NCBI GenBank assembly: GCA_951406725.2
Contig: OX597814.1
Span: 24,118,001-24,182,000, forward strand
Source of the DNA: Octopus vulgaris
Lineage: Eukaryota
DNA length: 64,000 bases
Direction of reading: 5' to 3'
Part shown: in pieces, positions 51,491 to 64,000 of the stretch
Numbering within the stretch: position 1 is the first letter of the stretch
Layout: the number at the start of each line of letters is the position of its first letter
The notes under the pieces: model-generated
The model's database searches: none
The model's input: only the letters and a program-made list of their open reading frames with translations
What the model was told of the DNA's origin: nothing
Translations under genes and position numbers: made by a program

Positions 51491-52821
51491 TTTATCATTT
51501 GTTCTCTTTGATCCTTAAATTGATAATTATCAAAAATAAAGTCTGTTTAGATTTTGTAGATAATTGGTACATTTGTTCTTATTCAACTAGAAACTCTACC
51601 AAATATGTTTTTCTCTATTTCATTCCATGCTGCACCAAATACACCAATTTTGTATCTTTTTCCTCTTTAGTAAAGTAAACATCTCAACTCGTAATAATTT
51701 TTTTTTGCACATTTAGTATATTCCTACAGTGAAATATGAATAAGCTCACCACATGTGTAGTCATATAAGAGGTAATTGCTTTGCATTTGTTCTGTCAAAT
51801 TAGCTTGATGAGCAGACCTTGCAGCCAATTACATAATATAGTTTTGCTCAGGTAGTTATTTCAATATTGTCAGTAGCTAATTAATATAATCAAATAATCC
51901 ACTCTTAGTTTGGAAAGATATGCTACAGTTGCTAATATAGATATTACTTCAGTTGCATATATTTTTGCTCTGTAGTGTTTTAAGCTGAAAGTCTGAAAAC
52001 AGAAAATAATAAATTTTTTTTATAGTTTAAAATATTTTTTTTCCTGTTGAAACTGAATATCATCTCTGTATTTTAAACATATTCGTCATTGGAAGCAGCA
52101 AAAGAATATCCTTGGGAAATAAATAAAACTAAACCCTAAACAAATAGAGAAGTGTGAGTGTATATGTATATATATATATACACACATATATACATAAGCT
52201 ATGCTACATGTGAAAACACATGACATATGTTCTTAAACGTATTTGTTAATATGAAATAATATGTAAAAACAATGCATTTGCAAAAGAGAGAATGCATGCT
52301 GCTATGAATATAATAATATGAAACAAAATATTTCACTAAAAATTGAACCACAACAAAAAGTGTTCACATTTTTGACAATGTTTTGATGATGCTTCTCTGC
52401 TTCAATTTCCCATATTGTCTGTTTTCTTTTCATTCTACTTCTTGCTATTGTTGATGTTCTTTAATCTCAGCTCATCTTTTATTAAATTATCCTCTATTAT
52501 GCAGGCTTTGATCACATATATTCAAGCTGTGACCATCCCATCTTCTAATATACTTTTGTCAGGGATTAAATTGCTCAATGCACCTTTATTTAAGATGGTA
52601 TATGAGATTTTCAAGAGATTTAGCAGCTATTTCTAACAGATTGAGTAACCACATAGACGTTTCCCCATTGGCTCATATTTCTGTGGTATTGAAAATGTTG
52701 TATGTACAAAATTAAGCAGTGTATTAGCATTTATTGTTGCTGTGTTTCATCATATATCCAAATCAATTTAGATTTTATATCCCCTGCCATATTTCACAAA
52801 CAAGATTATTATTATAAATAG

Positions 52822-53385
52822 AACTACACAAAGTTGAATCTTACCAATTCTCTTTACGTCCATAACGTTAACTTGCCAAATTTTTTCTTTCTATTTTTAA
52901 TATATATATGTGTCTTTAACACGAGTTAATTTAATAATCTTGCAAATTACTTTTATTGTTTTTCTTTGTATTAATGGGTGAATCTAATCAGTTTGGTTGT
53001 CTGCATCCAGGAACTGTAAACTAAACCACTAATGGAACAAATGGTCTAGTTTCCATGTCAAAGAATGCAACTGGTCAGTTGCCATACACATTCTATATAG
53101 AAATATCTTTTCAGTTTAATTATGTTAGGGGAAATATTCTAGCTGAGATATCCAAGATTGCAATTGAATGACATTATAAATTACATCATTTTACATGGAT
53201 AAACAATCAGATAATTAAATCTTCACATGTGAAGCATATGAATGCATGAAAACCTTTGTGATAAAAATTACCCAACAACGAAGGAGGATTAACCAAATTA
53301 ACTTTGGGAGATAGTAAAATGGTTGTAGTGAATTCATGAACTTCCTCAGTACAATGGTGTTATATGTGAAATTTAATCAGGGTTA
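52822..53385. repeat. Unclassified ~570-bp element, copy B
   Basis: Colinear by eye with 47568-48150; shared blocks such as TGTAAACTAAA, TAATGGAACAA, TTTCCATGT, AAAGAATGCAACT, CTTTTCAGTTTAATTA, ATTATAAATTACA. Confidence 0.8.
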
Positions 53386-53544
53386 GATTCAGGTAGATTT
53401 AGTTGGCTGAAATAGTTAGCACCTTTTATTTGCATTGTCTTCTTCATTTTCTGCTTCAACAAATGTCATGGCATTTTAAAGCTTAGCTTATCTATAGTTA
53501 GATGATGGCTAGGAAAGAATTAAAAGAATTTATTTACTAAGTGT

Positions 53545-53810
53545 CACATCTGTGTTAATGCTATAACTGCAAGGACCACACCTACAAGGTCATGTGCAGT
53601 TTACCTTGATATGAATGTCACCATGTCGTGCATGTATGGTTGTGATGAATGTGCCTAAAGTACCCTTATCAGACAAGTAGACATGATGGGTGTATTGCGC
53701 TTTGTATATTTGTATGCCAGCATCATTTTGATGGCATGCAGTGCTTTCTCACTAAATAATGATGATGATAATAATGATAATAATAATAATGATAATGATA
53801 ATAATAATAA
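53545..53810 (+). mobile_element. Probable SINE-like repeat 3' part ending in (TAA/TGA)n
   Basis: More GC-rich body ending ...GCTTTCTCACTAAATAATGATGATGATAATAAT; only one copy seen here, so the family call rests on recall. Confidence 0.45.
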
Positions 53811-54189
53811 TGCTTTCTAATTGATGTATCAGTACCGGCAGATGACAACGTGTCTCTAAAAGAAATGGAGAAACTCTCAAAATACAAAGACCTGGAAATA
53901 GAGGTAACTAGAATGTGGAATCTGAAAACAGAAACAATTCCTATCATAGTAGGTGCATTAGGCATGATAAAAAAATATTCAGACAAATACATAACAAAAA
54001 CACCAGGACTTACAAACACATATAACATAGAGAAAATTGCACTACTAGGCACTGCACACATCCTACGCAGAACACTTTCCATACAATAACCATCAGAGCA
54101 TCACAACAAATCACAGCACATACCCAAGGCACACAGAGCTGCGCTCGGTAGTGAAGTGAAAGCATGCTATAAAAATAAAAATAAAACTA

Positions 54190-54192
<3 letters not shown>
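53811..54192 (+). mobile_element. 5'-truncated R4/Dong-like non-LTR retrotransposon (RLE C-terminus + 3' UTR) within (TAA)n
   Basis: Open frame CFLIDVSVPADDNVSLKEMEKLSKYKDLEIEVTRMWNLKTETIPIIVGALG...IALLGTAHILRRTL* carries the RLE motifs (IDVxxP, EKxxKY, VGALG). (TAA/TGA)n lies immediately 5' and (TAA)n immediately 3'. Confidence 0.88.
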
Positions 54193-54239
<47 letters not shown>

Positions 54240-54252
54240 TAATAATAATAAT

Positions 54253-54428
54253 TATTATTATTATTGTTATTATTGTTATTATTATTATTATTATGGTTTC
54301 AAATTTGGGCACAAGGGAAGCAATTTCGGGGGAGGAACTCAGTTGATTAAATCGACCCCAGTGCTTAACTAATGTTTGTTTTATTGACCCTGAAGGTTAA
54401 AAGGCAAAGTTGACACCAGCAGCATTGA
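54253..54428 (-). mobile_element. SINE with (TAA)n tail, further family
   Basis: ATCGACCCCAGT...TTATTGACCCTGA...AAAGGCAAAGTTGAC; related pieces at 525-710, 17115-17240, 26965-27130, 32990-33060, 50190-50265 and 54810-55030. Confidence 0.7.
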
Positions 54429-54429
54429 G

Positions 54430-54805
54430 AAGCAGCAACATAATCAACCAGATAATTACTCTCATATAGAAAGAGATAAAAGAAGGGTTCTTCATAGACA
54501 TATCAGTGCCTGCAGATCAGAACATTGACAAGATAAAATGGTTCCAAGACCTGGCATTTGAAGTGAAGCATACTCATAGAGACTGAAGAATAAGTGTGAA
54601 ACTCATCATGGCTGATGTGAAACCATCCTGAAGAATACAGAATATTAGCAGAATTTGTAACCAAATATCATTGGAAGAACACAGTTCGCAGCCATATTCA
54701 GAACAGCGTATGTATTGAAGTAAGTGTGTGAAGGAAGTGAGACATGACATAAATAACACTGTAGAGCATCCAAACTAGAGAGAATCGCAACGGTAATAAT
54801 AATAA
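54430..54805 (+). mobile_element. Older R4/Dong-like RLE fragment
   Basis: HNQPD...FFIDISVPADQNIDKIKWFQDLAFEVK...AAIFRTAYVL with stops and frameshifts; ends in TAATAATAATAAT. Confidence 0.7.
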
Positions 54806-54809
54806 TTTC

Positions 54810-55030
54810 TTTCAAATTTTGGCATAGGGCCAGTGATTTTTAAGTGGGTGTGGGAGAAGTCAACTAAATTGACCTCAGAGTTCAACTGCTACCTATTTTA
54901 TCAATCTTGAAAGGATAACAGGCAAAGTTGACCTCTGTGGTATTCAAACTAATAATGATAAAGAGCCTGAGGAAATACCACTGAATATTTTGCCTGGTAT
55001 GATTCTGCTTCCTTGGTGCTTTTAATGATA
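54810..55030 (-). mobile_element. SINE, same family as 54253-54428
   Basis: TTTCAAATTTTGGCA...GAAAGGATAACAGGCAAAGTTGACCTC. Confidence 0.68.
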
Positions 55031-58000
55031 ACAATAATTCGTATGTTTGTTTTATATTCCTTTATATATCAAGTATTATTATTCATTTCAAGAAACTCGA
55101 GTTCACTTTTTACAATTTCCTTTTTATTTTTGTTTCTTTAAAATTTTTAAATTTATAAAAATATTAACTCCTTAAGGAAGCAATAGTGAAGCTAGGTTTA
55201 ACAATCTAATCTCAACAAACATCCTTCTTAATTCACAAATTATATAGAACTCTCAATGTGGAACATACCTATTTTAAATGTTAGCTATGAATAAATGAAT
55301 GAATGAATGAATGAATGAATGAATGAAAGAAGAAAACTAAGGGTGCTTATTTCATTTATTGTTAATTTGTAAATTGTTCTATTGAAAGCTAATTGTCTGA
55401 TATCAAACTGAAAATTGCTTGAAAGAGTAACCATATTAAAAGATCCATTCCTCTGTTCTACTGCACATAATTTTGGATTTTTATTTTATAAACACAATTT
55501 GGGTTGATTTAGAGCAAAATTAAAGTGAAACCAAAGAACAAAACTGAACTTCTTTTCTTTCATTCTACTTTATTGGATAACTTGCAAAAAACAACAATCA
55601 GTGAATACTGAATTTCACTTAACATTATTGTTATTGTTGTTGCTGTGGTTATTATTATTATTGTTGTTGTTGTTGTTATGTATGGGTGAATTTTATATAT
55701 AAAATTGAAAAACTATGTCGAAACACTTTTCCTCTTATATTTAGTAAATTTAAATCTTTACTCTATAATATTTATTCAGTCAATTTTATTTTAGCTTTGA
55801 AAGTTTAATGTGATACTAAGTATTAATGGTTAATTGATTTTACTTGTTATTTAATGTATGCTAACATTGCTACTGCAAAAATTATGATTTCACTTCTCTT
55901 GAGACTTTTCTGTGTAAAGCTAAAATGTTCACATACAAAATAATCGTGTCCCATATAAACTTCCTTTCATTAGTATAATCATTAGTCATTTCACCATTCA
56001 AAAAATCATTTTAAGCTTAGAATATGTATTTGATATTTACAAAATGCTTCTTTTTACTAAAATTTGGTCTATAGTTATTAAAAAGAAATAAACTAAAATA
56101 AAACTGGCTTCATATGTAATTAACTACATTTTCAACAATTTGCATGTTAAAATCTTGTAACTTACTGAACAGCTTAACATTTTATTAAGAACTATAACTA
56201 ATGTTTCAAGAAGGAAAATGATGTTAATTGAATGAACAAAAGCTGAAAATTATTAAAAATTATTTGCATGTGTGTGTGTGTGTGATTATTCAGTCTTCAA
56301 TTTGAATAGTATGATTTGTATTGCACAGATATTTGTATTATTCAGATAGTTTTTGCGAATGTTGAGTATTGCTGATCAAGTTTGACAGAGTGGGCAAGTA
56401 TCATGAAAGTAAGTGACTGATGATTTCTTAAATTAATGCTTCAGCTAAATATATTCTGCTGTTATTGCAGGTAAGCTGTTTTAAGATTGAGAACTAGGAA
56501 TTTTCTTCCATTTTAAAGGTGATACAGAACATCCAAAAGGAGATTTGGCTACTATTTTCAGCAGATTAAGAAACAGAATAAAAATTTCTTTTTAGCTTCA
56601 GTGTCTAAGAAATATCCAATTACTTACATTTCAACCATTTGATATACACTTCCTTAGATTGCTGGTAATAATCTCTTACTATTTTACAATGTTTGATTTG
56701 TTTTAACGAAAATATGCATATGGTGGAGAAAATATTACTTGTATATACTCAGCTCACCATCACTGAATCAACTTAATAATAGTTATAGCGACATCAGTAA
56801 CTTAAATAACATCAATAATAATAAAAGCATTGAGTATATCAAAAGAAATAACTTCTGAAGCTGAACCAAAGTTAGCAATGATTGCAACCTCAACAATAGT
56901 GATATCATCCATTACTGTAGCAATGGTAGCACAGTGATAGTAACATACAATATAGTAATAATAACTTCAATAGTATCAACAGTTTGTTTTTACAATAATA
57001 GTAACTGCATTATCAATAGCCTGATGCATAGTACAAAGCATAGAGAGCAGCAATGGCAATATTAAATATATCCAATATTATAGTGATTCATTTTTTACTA
57101 GGCTCAGTATCACTTTTGTAAGGGTAGAGTATTAATAATAGTCACAATTTTGTTGGTGAATTAAAGATGAGACTAAGCCTGGATAATTGTGATTTTGTAA
57201 TTAAGAAGGATGAAACTAAATATATTACTTGTATGCTGTTCATCTAAACCATCCTTACATTCTTGACAATATTTGCAACCAGGAAATCCAGAGCAGCATC
57301 AATAAAACGTTGAAAGATGCATATTGTGACAAAGAGGAATTATCAGGTAAAATAAAACTGAGGCTAAAGAAATTTCCTAGGCTCTCATAAGAACGACACA
57401 TTTCAAAATATCTGACATAACACTAATTGTGAATGGCAAATGGGAAAGTCTAATAAAATGGCTGGAGCAAATCCAGACATTTTATGTTTCCAGTCAGTTT
57501 TAAGATATTGCACATGAATTCTTTTCTCATTACTCAAATCTTATGCAGGAAAAGTATGACTCAGTCAAACAAAATTTTGGGACGCTTTTGTCCATAATTT
57601 AGTTTTTATATCTTATCTGATTATTGACTTCCCCCATATTCCTATGAGAATTTTACGTTTTATTTTGTAAGTCCCTCCTTATTTCTGTCTAAATGTGTAT
57701 TTAATCATGTTTGAAGAATCACTGTTTATGACTAAGATCATACAGAAATAATTAAATAAATAACAGGCAAAATTATTTAGCTATATTTTCAAGTATGATA
57801 TTTATGTGCCTTGTTAAGTATAATTTAGGAAGTAATTAAGTTTGTCAGATCATTTACTAATCTTTACATGTGTTAATATTTTCAAATATTTCCTTAATGC
57901 ACCATGATTTATGCAAAGGAAATATGATAGTTGTTTCCTGACGGAATTGGTGCTTTTTCAATCTTGGAGAAAATTAAGTATACATTGAAAGATGTAGTTT

Positions 58001-58794
58001 TAAGAAATGAATGACAATGCAAAGTCTGAGGACAAGAATTCCGGAGGGTTGACAGCTGGAGGAGAGTGATTTTCATTTTAATTGAAGGAAAGGAATCTTC
58101 TGCAAAGAAAAATATGTGCAATTTGCATTATAACTGACAAGCATTTGTATTGGTTCAGATAGAGAATAGTTGATAAGTGAGGAATGTTCAATGAAATTTT
58201 ATAGACTTCCATTGAATTTTGTCTGGAATGCATAAAGGAGCCATCATATTTCAGGGGAATGCTTTCTGAAGCACAAGAGAAATCACTCAAATGAAGCATT
58301 AATGATCGGAGCACAAGGTATCATTAGATCAGTTTGTGCTGATTTGCCTAAAATATTCATTGAGTGATATTTATAAGAAAGTTTATAATTATATATTCTC
58401 TGTCAAGACTAATGTCTGACACTTGCTTACTTTGTTGACATGAGTTTGACATTTGTCACATTTGTAAAATCCACATCCTATGTTACTCGACAGCCATCAT
58501 CTGATAGATTACTGAAGAATAATTTCTGGCATAAATTTTACTTGATATATTTGCAGTTGGTTACAAGGGAAATAAATCTCATTTGTGGAAATATATTTGA
58601 TTGAAGATGTACAATTTAACAGAACTTACAATGCAAACAAAATATAAAAGAATCTAAACAATAAGTAAAACTGAATTTTGTGATGCAAGTTGATATTGTA
58701 TCAGATAAGTTCTAAATATTTGAAGTATTTAATGTTTATCTTTGCTGATTTATCTTAAAGAATCTATACAATTTCAATATATCTTACAGACATA

Positions 58795-59055
58795 ATAAAT
58801 AAATAAATGCGCCCTTTTAAAGCCTAGCCAGGCTCGTGGGCTCGGTTTCCCAGTTTCAATGGCATATGTGTTCCCTAGCTGGATGGGATGCCAGTCCATC
58901 GCAGTGTTATTCATTTTTGCCAGCTGAGTGGACTGGAGCAACATGTAAGGAAATGTTTTGCCCAAGAATACAATGCGTCGCCCGGTCCAGGAATCAAAAC
59001 CACAATCTTACAATCATGATGCTGACACCCTAACCACTAAACCATGCGCCTCCAC
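58795..59055 (-). mobile_element. tRNA-derived SINE, 261 bp, same family as 20828-21088
   Basis: Near-colinear reverse complement of 20828-21088; exact 13-bp TSD TCTTACAGACATA (58782-58794, 59056-59068). Confidence 0.92.
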
Positions 59056-59860
59056 TCTTACAGACATAGATCATGTTTAATAATATGTTAGCTTCAAAAC
59101 AAACTGGACAATTATACAGCATAACTTCCAAAAATGGGTAACATTATACTACAAAATGGATGAAATAAGATTAGGTCTTGTTAGGGTTCAAAGTTGTTGA
59201 GCTTTTGTCAAGACTTATTTGAGATGAAATTTTGCTTTATATCCACCAGGAAGAAGACACTATGAAATTGGGATAGACAAAAATGGAAATCAAGTGCATA
59301 AATTACAATCTATGATACTGACAAAAGAGTTGATATAGGACATTTTATGGATGAGATACTGAGTTCTGGCTTTAAATGACTTACCAAACATAAATATCCA
59401 TTGATAAAAGTGTTGCCTTTAATGGAACTTGTAGGAAACGCACATGAGCCTTTTGGTAGCATTAAGATGTTTAGTAAATTTCATATTGTAATGATAATGA
59501 TGATATTGTTCATCCTAATTGCTCTGAGGATGACGTAGTTGCTGGGTGATCAGTATGTATATTCATTCTTAATAGTATTTAATAATATTTTATTTGAATG
59601 AAGTAAACAGAAAATGATAGTGCATATGCACAAATTTAATATTCCCCTTGCCTTACTTGTGAAAAATCAAATCGAATCTGATTTGGTTTCACAGCATAAA
59701 ACAATATATCACTTGTTCAATTTATTCACCTATTGTTACATTGAATCTAAATGTACATTCCAGTATTTTGCATATTGAAATATTATTAATTCATTCAAGG
59801 ATAAAAGTTTAATGTGACAATCTCAGTATTTAGCAGACAGCATTTTTAAAGAAAACTTCT

Positions 59861-59875
59861 ACACACACACACACA

Positions 59876-59973
<98 letters not shown>

Positions 59974-59990
59974 TGCACACACATACATGC
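59861..59990. repeat. (CA)n microsatellite
   Basis: Direct reading. Confidence 0.97.
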
Positions 59991-60639
59991 ATTGCACCTG
60001 CATTCATGGATAACATTTCATACAATATCAATCATAAAAATATCTGTGATTTGGAAACTTCTGATCAAACCTATTAACTGATTAATCAGAGCTCTGTAGT
60101 TCAAGCAATACTTATACTTTGCCACTGCCCAGCAGAAACACTTGAGTGGTGTCTGAAGCTTAGCTCAAAGTTGTCTTCTTCTACATCACTCACAAAACTA
60201 AAAAGACCAAATTCATAACCCCAAATATCCTAAACAGGTTCACCACTGCAGCTTTTACCCATCACCAAAGCAACTGAAGAATTATCACTTGAACATAAAG
60301 GCTGTTTCCAGGTTCTGCACAACCTGCAGGTTCTATGACCCACCAAATTACAGCCTACAATTTTAGGACCTTACTAAAATACTCATTATTTTGTGCAATT
60401 GTCTTTCTTTCAACTTCTCAGCGATGATTATCCAGTAAAAAGTACTCCTGCGAAAAATGCATCCATATTTGCTATCCACTATGTGCCCAACTCTACACTA
60501 CACAAATGAAGTAAATCTCATCCAAAACTATCTGTCTCTTCACCAAGAGGTTCCTCCCCATTTACATATAAGATGTAACTGCAAAAGTCCCTCTAGACAT
60601 TTCAAACCAAGAAAGCCTGTTAAAGTCATAACTAATGTG

Positions 60640-61200
60640 TTCAAACAATGCTCTCCAAAGCTAGCTTATACAACTGTCAGTTTCTTTGATCTCACTTTCA
60701 TTCTTAAAAAAGAACATTAACTCTAATGATACAATCAATACTGACATTTCAAAGTTGATAGGAACAATCATTAAAAACCATTTTCTTCCAGCCTGAGAAA
60801 CCCTATCATCTTTTAACAACCGTCAGTACAGCTTACTTTACTGAGGTTCTACATTTCTATGTCACTCTCTAATGGATCTTCACCTTTGAGTTAGTTACAT
60901 CAAAACAATGATGGCAATGCACTTTACATCAACAAAGAACTTGACCATGTCTGATATGCAAATTTCTTAGCTAAGCTTATGTACTTCATCCATCTCTCGT
61001 CTTTAAGGTCCTTAACCTTCTAAGTTAATACTATTGCAGTTCAAACTGACAAAGATCCCTCTAGTATACAATTCAACAGCTTGAGTTTGCCCTTAATATT
61101 CTTCCTCTTGTGTATTTAAGACTTACCGATTGTCACCACCAATAATGCCAAATCCTATGTAGATACTGCTGCTCTTCATTATTTCTTCAACTTCCACACT
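60640..61200 (+). pseudogene. Ancient CR1/Jockey-group reverse transcriptase relic
   Basis: SKLIGTIIKNH...NNRQYS, ALYINKELDHV*YANFLAKL (cf. ALDISKAFDRVWHxxLLxKL), FLLCI*DLP...SYVDT (cf. FLLYINDLP...YADD). Confidence 0.62.
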
Positions 61201-62611
61201 CGAGCATAACCTCCTCCCCTCATGCCAAACATATACAGACTAAGTACACCCAAACATCGCCTGTATGCAGTCAAGATACTTCAGGCCAAACATGCACAAA
61301 TTAAACAAAGACCTTGAAATAATTCTATAGAATATAATGGAACCATCTTGACTTTATTTTCCTCAACTGTTCAAAAACAGAATCACCACAATTACCAAGA
61401 AAATAATATTTTTTCATCAGCCCTAAATATTAACACGCAGCTAGAACTATTAAACGATGACAATGCAACTTATATAAAGAGTTTCTGCTTAAATGTACTA
61501 GCAAATTTCTGGCTGTTACTGTAGTAAATTACAAATACAGAATATTTGTAAATAATGCCTCCTGAAGTGAAAAATATGAAACCATACAATATAGTTGAAG
61601 GATATTTGTCTATCTGAAAATGAAAAGCACCAATTATCTTTCAATTTTATCTCAGAAATTTAAAAATAATTCTCCAGTTTCAATTATAGATAAGTTTTAC
61701 TTTTTCTTTTATTGAAGAAGGTCTTCCATTCTTTTTCTTGTTCTATAACTAGAATTTAGAATTTTTAGAATTTCTTTATACTGTTGTTTTGTCATTTAAG
61801 CATAGGTATAAATAATGGCTGCCGATACTTTCAAAGAATAATTGTGCATACCTTATTTCCAATCAATTAATCTATTTAATCAGTTGTAAATTAATTTTCA
61901 ATTTCTTCCTTTTAGTTTTCTCTTTAAATTATAGGATTAAATCTCTTGAATTCAAACTACAAAAATAATTAGTTGCTGCAGGGCACTTAAAAAAAAATCT
62001 CAGACTATACCAATCTCAGTTCATTATGAAGGGGTTAAAAAAAAAAGAGGATTGTATTTTATCAGTAACATTCCTGTTTATTAATCTTCTTAAATGTTAT
62101 TAGAGAAAAATTTTTAATTGTTTAGCTTTTATCATAAATTTCTCTGCTTCATTAAACAAATTTGCACAGATTAACAAATAAAGAATTGAAAAAAAAAAAA
62201 GATTTAGCATTGAATGTGATTTAATACTGAACAGGATTCTGAGCTATTTTCAAATATTGCTATAGATTTTGCTCTTATATTTTAACAATGGCATTATGCA
62301 CCATTGTATGGTTTTTAGCTATGGAGAGATTCTACAATCCAAAGCAGCTTGATGTATTTGGCATACATAACATTATAAGCTGGCATGAATTAGACAATTC
62401 TGTTTGACTAGATAAGTTGCTTTCTAGCACCTCTCTCTCTCTCTCTCTCTCGTATTTATATGACTAGTTGTCACTATATTAATTTGTTGGCCTTAGATAA
62501 TAAAAAGTGAAGTCAGCTTAGACAAAATTCACACTTGAGACTATAATGAGCAAGGTAAATTAATCTTTCATTGAGCCACTCTCCATAGTAAATTGTTTAT
62601 ACCATAGTAAT

Positions 62612-62752
62612 CAAAGGTGTAGATGTCACCCCTACTGGGCACAAGTGTAAATGTGCACAAGATTTCCTCTGCCCTCTCATACCTGTTAATTAAGGTAAAG
62701 GTGCCAAGAGTATCCTTGCCAAGGGGTGCTGAGAAGCCATGCTACACCACTG
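62612..62752. mobile_element. Small hAT-like MITE
   Basis: TIRs CAAAGGTGTAG / CTACACCACTG; 8-bp flanks ATAGTAAT and AGAGCAAT (6/8 match) fit a decayed hAT TSD. Confidence 0.55.
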
Positions 62753-63072
62753 AGAGCAATTAAACTTAAATCAAGTAGTTGACATCGCTCCAACATATAT
62801 TATGTATATTGCTTAGCTGTATATAGTCACAGGCATGTGGTTATGGCTAAAATTGTTTCTGAAAGATGACTGTTGTATAGAACAGCATTTTATAATAAGT
62901 TTTAGTTTTTCATAATCTCTTCCTTTCTACCTTCTGTATAAATCAACCGATTGTAGACAATTTACCACAGTTGCACATTGTCCTAGTGCATGTTCTTGAA
63001 ATGGTTACAAGATCTAAATGTTAGATTTTGGGTGTAATAAAATTCATTGCTATCACAAACCTACTCATACAT

Positions 63073-63093
63073 TCATCATCATCATCATCCTCG

Positions 63094-63134
<41 letters not shown>

Positions 63135-63312
63135 GTTTAACATCCGTTTTTCATGCTAGCACAGGTTGGACAGTTCGACCAGGCTCTGGGAAGCCAGGAG
63201 GCTGCACCAGGCTCCAGTCTGATCTGGCAGTGTTTCTACAGCTGGACACCCTTCCTAATGCCAACCACTCCGTGAGTGTAGTGGGAGCTTTTTACATGCC
63301 ACCGGCACAGAA
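63073..63312 (-). mobile_element. RTE-family 3' terminus
   Basis: (CAT)n CGTTTAACATCC...CTACAGCTGGACACCCTTCCTAATGCCAACCAC...ATGCCACCGGCACAG. Confidence 0.8.
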
Positions 63313-63796
63313 GCCATACTATAAAATTTAGTTATGCAAGGGTTTCTCTCCCTCACTGTATATGTACTCTTTGTACCACAGAGAAAGAGAGAGAGAGAGA
63401 CATGGAGAAGGGACAGATTGAGGCAAATTGGTTTAGCAAATAACAAAGCAACAATTATATATTATTTATCTCTTATTGGTGTTACAATTGTTTATCATCA
63501 GCCCAGCCTTAAGAAAGCAAACCTATGATGAAATGCTTTTCAGCATGATCATCTAAACTGTTTTCTCTAGACTGTTATCTGATGCATTTTTCATTTTTTT
63601 TTTTATTAAACAGTAGGGTGTGATTTGAGGGAGATTTTATCTGCTTTTTCTAGCAGATCAAGAGATCACATTGTGATTCAGTTGTTAGTTTATGCAAGAT
63701 CTCACCTACCATCCAAACTTATACACACCTGGATAATAAATTATGAAAATTTATTTTAGGAAACACTCTTCTTTTTAAATCAGTTCTTATCATCAT

Positions 63797-63834
<38 letters not shown>

Positions 63835-63844
63835 CAGGCAGCCA

Positions 63845-64000
63845 CATGATCATTGTCATTTCATCATCCACTTTATCATGCATGAATGGGGTCAATGGAA
63901 ATCATTGAGTTAGATTTTCCACGGCTGGATGCATTCCTGTTGACAACCCTTACTTGTTTCCAAACAGATAATATTTCTCATGGTTGGGCATGTTTTCACA
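63845..64000 (-). mobile_element. Decayed RTE-terminus-related repeat, running off the window
   Basis: GATTTTCCACGGCTGGATGCATTCCTGTTGACAACCCT...CATGTTTTCA, similar to 935-1025. Confidence 0.55.

Overview
AT-rich, microsatellite-dense eukaryotic DNA with no supportable host protein-coding gene, rRNA, true tRNA or CRISPR array. Almost every ORF in the supplied track is a microsatellite or SINE artefact. The repeat families look like those of an octopus (coleoid cephalopod) genome; this is an inference from recalled SINE/LINE sequences, not a search result. The window reads as a long intron or intergenic region built from layered mobile elements: (i) one young, 5'-truncated RTE-clade LINE (43237-45606) with an 11-bp TSD, one premature stop and one frameshift; (ii) many fragments of a second, abundant RTE family with a long hairpin-repeat 3' UTR and (ATG)n tail; (iii) four fragments of R4/Dong-like restriction-like-endonuclease (RLE) retrotransposons beside (TAA)n or (CATA)n microsatellites; (iv) CR1/L2 relics; (v) several tRNA-derived SINE families; (vi) mariner, Tc1-like, hAT-like and piggyBac-like MITEs; (vii) a stack of three Helitron 5' ends sharing one 3' end. 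I found no convincing new multi-gene system. The best leads are microsatellite-associated RLE elements, a ~1.2-kb tail-to-tail RTE fold-back, the Helitron stack, and an unclassified diverged ~570-bp duplicate. Coordinates of decayed repeats are approximate, read by eye.
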